NCBI GenBank assembly: GCA_017447165.1
Contig: JAFSOD010000004.1
Span: 653,903-717,902 of the forward strand
Source: Bacilli bacterium
Lineage (GTDB): Bacteria; Bacillota_I; Bacilli_A; RFN20; CAG-826
Length of the DNA: 64,000 nucleotides
Direction: 5' to 3'
Shown: one piece after another, positions 48,215 through 56,241 of the stretch
Layout of the letters: every line of letters begins with the position of its first letter
Position numbering within the stretch: position 1 is the first letter of the stretch
Made by a program: the position numbers and the translations under genes
The notes under the pieces: generated by a model
What the model was told of the DNA's origin: nothing
Seen by the model: only the letters and a program-made list of their open reading frames with translations
Database searches by the model: none

Positions 48215-49924
48215 ATGAAAGATAAAAATTTAAAATTTGAAGAATACCCTTTAAGGGTACCTACTGAAAAAAGAACTATCAACAAGATGGAATCTTTAAT
48301 TAAAGATTTAGAAGAATGTGGTAGCGCTCTTACCGCAAAACTTGCGGTTAAACACTGGAATAAATATATGTCTGAACTTGGAACAGACGTCGGTGTTATT
48401 GGAGTGAGATATTCTTTAGATACTAGAAACAAAATCTATAAGAACGCTCAAGACAAAGTAGATGAGTTAAGTCCAGTATTTTCTAAATACTCCAACGAAT
48501 TTGAAAAGATTCTTTTAAAAGCTAAATATCGTAAAGATTTAGAAAAGATTTATGGCAAATATCTTTTCAAGATTTATGAGAACAATCAAAAAGCTTTTGA
48601 TCCAAAAATCATTCCAGATTTAATTGAAGAAAATAAACTTACTTCTAAGTATGATGAAATCTTAGGAACCGCCCAAATTGAATTCAGAGGACAAGTTTAT
48701 AACTTGTCTCAACTTGGTAAATTTATGTCCGATAAAGATAGAGAAACTAGAAAAGAAGCTAGTATCGCGATGGATAAATGGATGGGCGAACACGAAAAAG
48801 AAATCGCTGAAGTCTATGATAAATTAGTTCACTTAAGAGATGGCATGGCCAAAAAGCTTGGCTTTAAGAACTTCATCGAACTCGGTTATATCCGTTTAGG
48901 AAGAACTGACTACAATGCCAAAATGGTTAAAGGTTATAGAGACCAAATTAGAGCGGAAGTAGTCCCAATTGCCCAATCCTTATACAAGAAGCAAATGAAA
49001 GGCTTAGGAATTAAAGACCCACAAACATTTGACTACAATTTGAAATTCTTAAGCGGTAATCCAGTTCCGGTTGGAGATTCTAAAGTCTTAGTGGGACATG
49101 CAAAAACTATGTATGAAAAGATGTCCAAAGAATCCGCTGATTTTATTAATCTTATGATTAATAATCATTTAATGGATTTAGACGCTAGAGCGGGCAAAGC
49201 TCCTGGAGGATATTGCACATATTTCCCAGAATACAAGACCCCATTTATCTTCTCTAACTTTAACGGCACTGAAGGTGATGTTAATGTCTTGTGTCACGAA
49301 GGTGGTCACGCTTTCCAAGCCTACTTAAGTAGTGGCATTAAAATTCCAGAATATCAAAACCCAACTTTAGAGAGCTGTGAAATTCACTCTATGAGTATGG
49401 AATTCTTCACCTGGCCATATATGAATTTATTCTTTGGTAAGGATGCAGAGAAATATAAATATTCTCACTTAACCGATGCGATTGAATTCTTGCCTTATGG
49501 CATTACCATTGATGAATTCCAACACTGGGTCTATGAACACCCAAACGCTACACACGAAGAAAGATGTGCTAAATATAAAGAAATTGAATCTATCAACTTA
49601 CCACATAATCGTTATGATTATTGTCCAGTAATGGGTAAAGGTACTAGATGGATGAGACAATCCCATGTCTTTGGAACCCCGTTCTATTACATTGATTACA
49701 CTTTAGCCCAAGTAGTGGCCTTCCAATTCTTAGCGGAAGATCTTAAAAACCATGAAAAAGCTTGGAAGAAATACGTTAAACTTTGTAAGTTAGGTGGAAC
49801 TCTTCCATTTACAGGATTACTTGAAAAAGTACATCTTAGAAACCCATTTGAAGAAGGAAATGTTAAAAAGAACATTCACCCACTTCTTAAAGTTCTTAAA
49901 GAATTTGATACATCAAAATTCTAA
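48215..49924 (+). CDS. pepF: oligoendopeptidase F (M3B family)
   Basis: 569 aa. Zinc motif HEGGHAF and downstream E ligand. Overall M3B layout. Confidence 0.85.
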   Translation: MKDKNLKFEEYPLRVPTEKRTINKMESLIKDLEECGSALTAKLAVKHWNKYMSELGTDVGVIGVRYSLDTRNKIYKNAQDKVDELSPVFSKYSNEFEKILLKAKYRKDLEKIYGKYLFKIYENNQKAFDPKIIPDLIEENKLTSKYDEILGTAQIEFRGQVYNLSQLGKFMSDKDRETRKEASIAMDKWMGEHEKEIAEVYDKLVHLRDGMAKKLGFKNFIELGYIRLGRTDYNAKMVKGYRDQIRAEVVPIAQSLYKKQMKGLGIKDPQTFDYNLKFLSGNPVPVGDSKVLVGHAKTMYEKMSKESADFINLMINNHLMDLDARAGKAPGGYCTYFPEYKTPFIFSNFNGTEGDVNVLCHEGGHAFQAYLSSGIKIPEYQNPTLESCEIHSMSMEFFTWPYMNLFFGKDAEKYKYSHLTDAIEFLPYGITIDEFQHWVYEHPNATHEERCAKYKEIESINLPHNRYDYCPVMGKGTRWMRQSHVFGTPFYYIDYTLAQVVAFQFLAEDLKNHEKAWKKYVKLCKLGGTLPFTGLLEKVHLRNPFEEGNVKKNIHPLLKVLKEFDTSKF

Positions 49925-49932
49925 CATAAGAA

Positions 49933-49966
49933 AAGCGCAGGATTTGAATCGCCTGCGCTTTTACTT
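49933..49966. terminator. bidirectional intrinsic terminator between pepF and the RhuM-PLD gene
   Basis: AAGCGCAGG-atttgaatc-GCCTGCGCTT, 9-bp GC-rich stem. TTTT follows on the + strand and AAAA precedes it. Confidence 0.7.
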
Positions 49967-49969
49967 TAG

Positions 49970-51181
49970 CTAATTGAGGCTAGATAATATTGCTTCAACA
50001 AGTTCTTTAGTTTCTATTTTTATAATCCCAAATGTCTTATTTCCAGCATAATTTAAAGATGAACCAATTGAGTAACACTCTTTATCATCAAGTATGATAA
50101 AACGATCATGGAAATCATTATTATTGATTACTGTGATTTTTCCATATTGGACGATAAATTTATTAATTTCTTTAATTGATAAAGTCGAAAAGCGAGATTT
50201 ATAAATTATTCTGTCAACTATAGGAGATACTTTTTTCAAAAAAATTAAGCTTTGATAATCAAAATATGGATCGATAATTATTATTTTATTATTCGCTTTA
50301 GAAACAATTGAAGATATTAATTCATAAGCATCGAACACTTCTCCTTTGAAAACGATTTTCTCTTTTATATAAGAATTATCTTTTACGATGTTTTCAATTT
50401 TATTTTTTAAACTATAAATTTCATTTTCAAGTCTGAGGAAATTATCTGCAGTAACCAGCGCTCGACTTTCATTGATCGAATATCCTTTGATCATATATTC
50501 TTTCAATACATTGGATACCCATTTTCTAAATTCTATTGCCCGTTTTCCTTTGATACGATATCCAATTGCCAAAATCATATCTAGGTTATATTGTTGTACT
50601 AAATATTGCTTTCCATCTAGGGCAGTATGTAAGAAATCCTTACTAACTGAATCAGGCATTAATTCCCCTTCACTAAAGATATTATTGATATGCATTGTAA
50701 TGTTTGGCCTACTAGATTCAAATAGAGAAGCAATTTGATTTTGTGTTAACCAAACAGTGTCCTCTTTTGGATCCACACTTACATCTAAATTGATAGAACC
50801 ATTATTATAAATAATGATATTATTGTTATCTTTGATGTTTAGCGATTCTAAAACAAAAGATTCGAACTTTTTTGTAATGTCTTTATTAATTCTTAATCCT
50901 ATTGTTTTGATAACATCTAAACTATATACAGTTAATGGTTTTTTCTTCGGTAAATTAATAACCATAGATGCAATAGGTGCATTTTTTGCATTTATTGCAC
51001 TTTTGGTAGTGGCGTCAACATTGTAGGTTGACTTGATGGCCCTTCTAATTGTTGTTGCCGCAACATTGAAGAGAGCGGCTATCTCATTGGCAGATAGCCA
51101 GATAGTATTGTCTTCGACAGACACTCTTACATCAAGAGAAAGATCTCCATCTGTAAATTTGATTGTTTCAAAATTAGTCAT
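49970..51181 (-). CDS. RhuM-family protein with tandem N-terminal repeat domains and a C-terminal PLD-like (HKD-variant) domain
   Basis: 403 aa from ATG 51181, with SD GGAGGT 5 nt upstream. Two copies of the RhuM/Fic-N-like module (DNTIWLSANEIAALF and EDTVWLTQNQIASLF), then the RhuM core ILAIGYRIKGKRAIEFRKWVSNVLKEYMIKGYSIN. The C-terminal ~150 aa carries KIIIIDPYFD...FHDRFIILDDKECYSIGSSLN. This resembles the PLD HKD motif HxK(x)4D(x)6GSxN with K replaced by R and one extra residue before GS. Confidence 0.7.
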   Translation of the reverse strand: MTNFETIKFTDGDLSLDVRVSVEDNTIWLSANEIAALFNVAATTIRRAIKSTYNVDATTKSAINAKNAPIASMVINLPKKKPLTVYSLDVIKTIGLRINKDITKKFESFVLESLNIKDNNNIIIYNNGSINLDVSVDPKEDTVWLTQNQIASLFESSRPNITMHINNIFSEGELMPDSVSKDFLHTALDGKQYLVQQYNLDMILAIGYRIKGKRAIEFRKWVSNVLKEYMIKGYSINESRALVTADNFLRLENEIYSLKNKIENIVKDNSYIKEKIVFKGEVFDAYELISSIVSKANNKIIIIDPYFDYQSLIFLKKVSPIVDRIIYKSRFSTLSIKEINKFIVQYGKITVINNNDFHDRFIILDDKECYSIGSSLNYAGNKTFGIIKIETKELVEAILSSLN

Positions 51182-51380
51182 ATAGACCTCCTGTTTCTGG
51201 GGAAAATGAAAATAGAGACGATTTACTCTCAATCCTCCATCCTCATTTATTCCCTTCGAACCCAAAGGTCTCTATATCTTTTCCTCGATTATATTATAGC
51301 ATTTAATGCTATAAATGTATATCAGTATTTAATAAAAGTGCAAAAAAATACAGTACACAATTGTGTACTGTAATATACAA

Positions 51381-51465
51381 TGGTGCGCGGGATGAGAATC
51401 GAACTCACACATCTTGCGATATACGCCCCTCAAACGTACGCGTCTACCAGTTCCGCCACCTGCGC
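51381..51465 (-). tRNA. tRNA-Leu (anticodon GAG), long variable arm
   Basis: Reverse complement GCGCAGGTGGCGGAACTGGTAGACGCGTACGTTTGAGGGGCGTATATCGCAAGATGTGTGAGTTCGATTCTCATCCCGCGCACCA. Anticodon loop UUGAGGG. CCA encoded. Confidence 0.8.
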
Positions 51466-51571
51466 ATTACCAAGTTGCTTGATTATTGTAAGAAAAATAA
51501 AGATAAAAGACAAGTGCTTTTTAGCATTATATTTGTTAAAATATGTATCGCTATAAAGAAGGTAAACAAAA

Positions 51572-52144
51572 ATGAAAGAAATATTAGTGGAAACCAGTGC
51601 TCGTCATATTCACGTCACTGAAGAACAATTTAAAATTTTATTTGGTGCAGATGCTAAATTAGAAGTAAGAGCGCCTTTATCTCAACCAGGTCAATTTGTT
51701 TCTTTTTCTAGATTAGATATCGTTGGTCCTAAAAAGACTATTCCAAATGTCTCGATTCTTGGACCATTTAGAAAAGCTGGACAAGTGGAAGTGTCTGCGA
51801 CTGACGCTAGAACCTTAGGTGTTCCTGCAGTCGTTAGAGAATCTGGTGATTTAGCGGGATCCCCTGCCATTAAACTAGTGGGTCCTGCTGGAGAAGTGGA
51901 ATTAGCGGAAGGTTGTATCGTTGCGAAAAGACATATTCATATGACTCCAAAAGACGCTGAAGAATTTGGTGTTAGTAATGGTGAAGTCGTCAAAGTTGAA
52001 GTTAATAACCCAGGTAGAAGTTTAATCTTTGGTGATGTTGTGGTTAGAGTTAGAGATGACTTTGCTTTAGCAATGCATATCGACACAGATGAAAGTAACG
52101 CGGCTGGTTGCGCTGGTACCGTATACGGGAGAATTGTTAAATAA
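51572..52144 (+). CDS. pduL: PduL-family phosphate acyltransferase (phosphotransacetylase/propanoyltransferase type)
   Basis: 190 aa. Two PduL/EutD-type repeats (ETSARHIHVT.. and ..AKRHIHMT..) with conserved His and acidic residues. Confidence 0.65.
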   Translation: MKEILVETSARHIHVTEEQFKILFGADAKLEVRAPLSQPGQFVSFSRLDIVGPKKTIPNVSILGPFRKAGQVEVSATDARTLGVPAVVRESGDLAGSPAIKLVGPAGEVELAEGCIVAKRHIHMTPKDAEEFGVSNGEVVKVEVNNPGRSLIFGDVVVRVRDDFALAMHIDTDESNAAGCAGTVYGRIVK

Positions 52145-52392
52145 TGGAGACCATCCATTACTATCCTAGGGGAACTTGTTCGGTCGAGATGTTCATCGAT
52201 CATGAAGATGGCATCATTAGACAAGTGAAAATCATTCGTGGATGTCCAGGAAACACTAAAGGCTTAGCAGCTTTATTAGTGGGTATGCCACTAGAAGAAG
52301 CTTATAAGCGTCTTAATGGTATTCAATGTCGTAATGGAACATCTTGTCCAGATCAACTCGCAAGAGCGATAAAAGAATACTTGAATAAATAA
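52144..52392 (+). CDS. TSCPD-domain protein (4 Cys)
   Basis: 82 aa, contains the literal NGTSCPDQLA motif plus C12, C34, C52, C58. ATG overlaps the pduL TAA by 1 nt (TAATG), suggesting translational coupling. Confidence 0.65.
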   Translation: METIHYYPRGTCSVEMFIDHEDGIIRQVKIIRGCPGNTKGLAALLVGMPLEEAYKRLNGIQCRNGTSCPDQLARAIKEYLNK

Positions 52393-52490
52393 TAGAACTG
52401 GCCTACGCCAGTTTTAATTTGCAAAATAATTGTACAATATATTGAACAATAATACTTTTTAATTTATAATGAACTCGGAGGTAAATATTA

Positions 52491-52739
52491 ATGTTAGCAG
52501 TTAATTATTCAACCTTGAGAAATTCATTGAAATCTTATTGTGATCACGCCACTGACAGTGAGGAAGTAGTGGTTGTAACAAGAAAAGATGAAAAGAATGT
52601 TGTTTTGATGTCTTTGAATCAATATAACGAGATGCTTAAACAGATAAACAACTCTCAGTATCTTAAACTTCTTCAAAAAGCAATTGAGCAAATTAAGAAT
52701 GGAGATGTTGTTATCAAACACCTAAATGATCTTGATTAA
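52491..52739 (+). CDS. Phd/YefM-family antitoxin-like protein (no cognate toxin gene adjacent)
   Basis: 82 aa. N-terminal VNYSTLRNSLKSYCDHA...VVVTRKDEKNVVLMSLNQYN matches the YefM/Phd fold. SD GGAGGT upstream. The 210 bp downstream encodes no toxin-sized ORF in any frame. Confidence 0.6.
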   Translation: MLAVNYSTLRNSLKSYCDHATDSEEVVVVTRKDEKNVVLMSLNQYNEMLKQINNSQYLKLLQKAIEQIKNGDVVIKHLNDLD

Positions 52740-52786
52740 ACAAAAACGTCTTGAATAAATAATATTATTTAATTATCATATTAATG

Positions 52787-52935
52787 CTTATCCAGAATCG
52801 TGATACCAAGGATGAAAAAACACGATAGCAACTCTCGGAAGAGTAAGTGCTCTCCTTAGCAAAGTCCCAGAACTTTGATCGATAAGTAGAGAAGAAAATA
52901 ACTTCTCCCAATTTCTGGGGGAAGTTTTATTTTTT
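52787..52935 (+). promoter_or_regulatory. structured metK leader with terminator/antiterminator (riboswitch-like, class not identified)
   Basis: Outer helix CTTATC (52787-92) / GATAAG (52881-86) encloses ~90 nt with internal hairpins (ATCGTG..CACGAT; GGAAGAG..CTCTCC). 3' intrinsic terminator CTTCTCCC-aatttct-GGGGGAAG + TTTTATTTTTT at 52901-52935, ending 15 nt before the metK ATG. TCCCAGA at ~52848 can alternatively pair with TCTGGGGGA. No SAM-I GGAGGGA/GGCAACC blocks found. Confidence 0.45.
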
Positions 52936-52950
52936 AAGAGGTATATCATC

Positions 52951-54120
52951 ATGAGTAAAGAAAAAATCTTATTTACATCAGAATCAGTTTCTGAAGGCCA
53001 TCCTGATAAAGTGTGTGACCAGATTAGTGATGCGGTTTTAGATGCGTGTTTAAAAGTGGACCCAAACGCCCACGTCGCCTGTGAGACTTTTGCGACCACA
53101 GATTTTATTCTTGTGGGTGGAGAAATTACTTGTAAAGAAAAAGTAGATATCCCTCAAATAGTTAAAGATGTATTAAAGAAGATTGGCTATGATAAACCAG
53201 AATATGGATGTGACTATCATACGATTGAAATTGTCGATAAAACCAAACAACAATCTCCTGATATTAATCAGGGAGTAAATCAAAAGAAGCCAGAAGATTT
53301 AGGAGCGGGAGACCAAGGCTTAATGTTTGGCTACGCCACTAATGAGACTAGTGGCTATATGCCGCTTGCAATTTCTATTGCCCATAAACTTGTTAGGGAA
53401 GCCTCAGAAAAACGCCACAAAGGGCTATTTAAAGGGGCTAGACCTGATATGAAAAGCCAAGTTACTATCGATTACACTGATCCTAAACATATTCGTATCG
53501 ATAATATGCTGATGTCTGTCCAACACGACGAAGATGTGAATTTAGAAGAATTTAAAGAATATATTCATAAAGACATCATGCAGAAAGTTGCCAAATCCTT
53601 TGGATTAAATATTGATTTCAAATACTTAATTAATCCAACTGGTAGATTTGTTTTAGGCGGGCCTGCTGGGGATACTGGTTTAACTGGTAGAAAGATTATT
53701 GTTGATACTTATGGTGGATCCGCAAATCACGGTGGAGGAGCCTTCTCAGGAAAAGATCCTTCTAAAGTCGATAGAAGTGGAGCCTATATGGCCAGATATA
53801 TCGCTAAAAACTTAGTAGCCGCAGGTGTTGCGGATAGACTTGAAGTTCAACTCTCTTATGCGATTGGAGTTAACTATCCTTTAAGTGTCGGAGTGAAGAC
53901 ATTTAAAACTAGTAAATACTCTGATGAGAAGATCTTAGAAGTCATCCATACTTTATTTGATTGTAGACCAGGCATGATTATTAAAAACTTCTCACTTAAA
54001 AAGCCATCCTTTAAATATCAGGATATCTCTAATTATGGACATTTTGGTCGCCCAGATGTCGATTTACCTTGGGAAAAACTTGATAAAGTAGAAGAGATTA
54101 AAAAGCTTTTAAAGAAATAA
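52951..54120 (+). CDS. metK: S-adenosylmethionine synthetase
   Basis: 389 aa. Canonical MAT motifs (FTSESVSEGHPDK, GAGDQG, DTYGG). Confidence 0.95.
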   Translation: MSKEKILFTSESVSEGHPDKVCDQISDAVLDACLKVDPNAHVACETFATTDFILVGGEITCKEKVDIPQIVKDVLKKIGYDKPEYGCDYHTIEIVDKTKQQSPDINQGVNQKKPEDLGAGDQGLMFGYATNETSGYMPLAISIAHKLVREASEKRHKGLFKGARPDMKSQVTIDYTDPKHIRIDNMLMSVQHDEDVNLEEFKEYIHKDIMQKVAKSFGLNIDFKYLINPTGRFVLGGPAGDTGLTGRKIIVDTYGGSANHGGGAFSGKDPSKVDRSGAYMARYIAKNLVAAGVADRLEVQLSYAIGVNYPLSVGVKTFKTSKYSDEKILEVIHTLFDCRPGMIIKNFSLKKPSFKYQDISNYGHFGRPDVDLPWEKLDKVEEIKKLLKK

Positions 54121-54144
54121 AATTATAAAAAAAGATAGCATTAA

Positions 54145-54166
54145 CTCTATAAATAGAGACTTTTTG
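54145..54166 (+). terminator. possible weak terminator after metK
   Basis: CTCTA-taaa-TAGAG 5-bp stem followed by ACTTTTT. Marginal stability. Confidence 0.3.
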
Positions 54167-54228
54167 AGTTTATAATAAAAGTGTCTTAAAAATCCTATTT
54201 CAGTGATTTGGAAAGGAGCAAATATATC

Positions 54229-54780
54229 ATGAAATATGTAATTAGCGGCAAAAACATTCAAGTTACCGAAGGTATTTCGAATGCTTTGCAAAACAAACTT
54301 GCCAAGATGGACAAGTACTTCCTTATTAACGACGAAGTCGAATGTCGTTGTGTCGTTTCTGCTCATAAGGAATCTCAAAAGGTCGAGGTCACAATCTTCT
54401 TACCATCTATGCCTTTAAGAGCGGAAGTGGAAAATCCTGATTTATACGCGGCGATTGATTTAGTAGTGGATAAGCTCGAAGGACAAATGAGAAAAATCAA
54501 AACAAGAATGGATAGAAGTAATGGACGTATCTCTTTAGGCAAAGCCATTAACTTTGAAGAAATTGAAGAAGAAAAGAAAGAAGATGGAGAGGACGTTGTT
54601 GTTAGAACTAAATCCTATTATCTCCAACCAATGTCCATTGAAGAGGCAATTACCAGAATGGAAGCCTTAGGACATGACTTCTTTGTTTATCTTGATGAAG
54701 AGGATGATCGTATCTCTACCGTCTATATTAGAAAAGATGGAGGATATGGAGTCATTCAAGCGGAGAATCCAATTAAATAA
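54229..54780 (+). CDS. hpf: ribosome hibernation-promoting factor (long form)
   Basis: Sigma-54-modulation/YfiA N-domain (MKYVISGKNIQVTEGI...), acidic linker, C-terminal dimerisation domain. ATG 54229, 8 nt after GGAAAGGAG, preferred over the track's upstream start. Confidence 0.85.
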   Translation: MKYVISGKNIQVTEGISNALQNKLAKMDKYFLINDEVECRCVVSAHKESQKVEVTIFLPSMPLRAEVENPDLYAAIDLVVDKLEGQMRKIKTRMDRSNGRISLGKAINFEEIEEEKKEDGEDVVVRTKSYYLQPMSIEEAITRMEALGHDFFVYLDEEDDRISTVYIRKDGGYGVIQAENPIK

Positions 54781-54797
54781 TTATTATCTGTGATAAT

Positions 54798-54832
54798 AAA
54801 AAAGGTCTTAGCGAACCGCTAAGACCTTTTAG
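54798..54832. terminator. bidirectional intrinsic terminator between hpf and lipoprotein A
   Basis: GGTCTTAGCG-aacc-GCTAAGACC perfect 9-bp stem with A-run 5' and T-run 3'. Confidence 0.7.
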
Positions 54833-54847
54833 TTTGTCTGATTAATA

Positions 54848-56032
54848 TTAATAAACCATTTGATAGACACAGTATTGTGTAACGTAATCCTCACCATCAA
54901 GGTAAGATCCGATTTCCACAAATGTTAAGCTATCTGAATCCATATAAGAAGCAAAGTAGCCATCGTCTCCGTCAAGCCATTGACCTGCTGCAGGAGCTTC
55001 ATATTCATTTAAATATGTTGGTAAGAAATCAATACCTGCCACACATGCTTCTTCTAATGAAGTTACGTCTTCAAAGACGACAGAAATATAAGCTTCACCG
55101 TCTTCCCAATAAATATCACTAGCTGTGTAGCCTAACATATCGCAAATATCTAAAGCGACATCTTCGACAGTTCTTTCGTCTCCACCAGGACCAATTGGGT
55201 CGCCACCAGAAAATGTTCCGGTAACTTTAACTGCAGAAATACGAATTTGTTTTCCTGAACCACTTCCTAAAGTGAAGGTTACAGAACTTGCATCGCCTGT
55301 CCAAACACCAGTTTTAGCAGCATAATCAGCACTAAATGTACCGGAATCTGGATTAAATGCAAAGTTATCATCAATTCTAGTGAATGTGAATTCAATCTTG
55401 GTCATATTATCTGCTGAGAATGTGATGCTGTTATTTGGATATAATCTGATACTAGCGCCAGATGCATAGTATTTTGGATCATTAGAACCACCGTTTTTAC
55501 TAGCGTTGATAGTTAATCCTGGAGCAAGAGTGGTTTCTGAAATAACTTCAGCGTCAGACCAACCATAGTCTTCCATAACGAATTCATATGTTCCAGTAAC
55601 TGGATCGTCTCCGCCTCCGCCTTGTCCTGCAACGTAAACAGCAATTTCATTGCCACATGGGTATAAGTCAGTTGCTTCATACCATTCAGCGTGTAATGTT
55701 AAATCGCCAACTTCGGTTGATTTGGTATAGTTGACGGATCCTTCTTCGGTAACTGGAGTCCAACCAGTTCTAAGTAGTCTATCGCCATAACCATCTAAAA
55801 CGTTTGTTTCAGAATCGTCGCCAATAAAGTATGCGCCTTCATCTTCATTCCAACCATGGTATAAAGTTGCGGTATCAAATTGGACAAATGGTAAAACCAA
55901 GCCTAAATATTCTGTCATTTCTTCTTTGACATCTTGTACCCAGCCGACATCTCCTGAAGGAACAGGATCGTCTCCGCCACAACCTGTAACCGCAAGAGCA
56001 AATAAAGCAGGAAGTATTAAAATTTTCTTCAT
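54848..56032 (-). CDS. acidic surface lipoprotein A (modular, paralog of 57742..59655)
   Basis: 394 aa. Signal peptide plus lipobox MKKILILPALFALAVTGC. Strongly D/E/G/Y/T-rich. N-module VKEEMTEYLGLVLPFVQFD... and C-terminal ..VYQMVY are shared with lipoprotein B. SD AGGAGG. Confidence 0.75.
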   Translation of the reverse strand: MKKILILPALFALAVTGCGGDDPVPSGDVGWVQDVKEEMTEYLGLVLPFVQFDTATLYHGWNEDEGAYFIGDDSETNVLDGYGDRLLRTGWTPVTEEGSVNYTKSTEVGDLTLHAEWYEATDLYPCGNEIAVYVAGQGGGGDDPVTGTYEFVMEDYGWSDAEVISETTLAPGLTINASKNGGSNDPKYYASGASIRLYPNNSITFSADNMTKIEFTFTRIDDNFAFNPDSGTFSADYAAKTGVWTGDASSVTFTLGSGSGKQIRISAVKVTGTFSGGDPIGPGGDERTVEDVALDICDMLGYTASDIYWEDGEAYISVVFEDVTSLEEACVAGIDFLPTYLNEYEAPAAGQWLDGDDGYFASYMDSDSLTFVEIGSYLDGEDYVTQYCVYQMVY

Positions 56033-56241
56033 AAGGCATCCCCTCCTAAAAATATTTACTTAAATAGAATAATATTTATTTTGCTATCTAGCAATAATAA
56101 GTCATCAATTTCAAATAATTGATAAAACTTTTATGTAGTTTTATATAACTTGTGTATAATATTAGCAGTCTCGATATATTAGAAGTTAATTGTCCGTAGG
56201 TGAAGTTATACTTCCCTAATGTATTGAAGGAGGCTAGTATC

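Noticed and set aside
51361-51621. 86-aa plus-strand ORF upstream of pduL
   Set aside because: Overlaps the antisense of tRNA-Leu(GAG) and the pduL promoter region. No SD and low-complexity translation.
52782-52895. SAM-I riboswitch call for the metK leader
   Set aside because: Could not find the conserved SAM-I sequence blocks. Left as an unclassified attenuator rather than naming a class.
52788-53099. 103-aa minus-strand ORF overlapping the metK start
   Set aside because: Overlaps the metK leader and N-terminus. metK is unambiguous, and the region is better explained as a structured leader RNA.
56105-56122. TCAATT-N6-AATTGA palindrome in the divergent lipoprotein A / unknown-gene control region
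   Set aside because: Short and AT-rich. Could be an operator but is indistinguishable from chance without comparative data.
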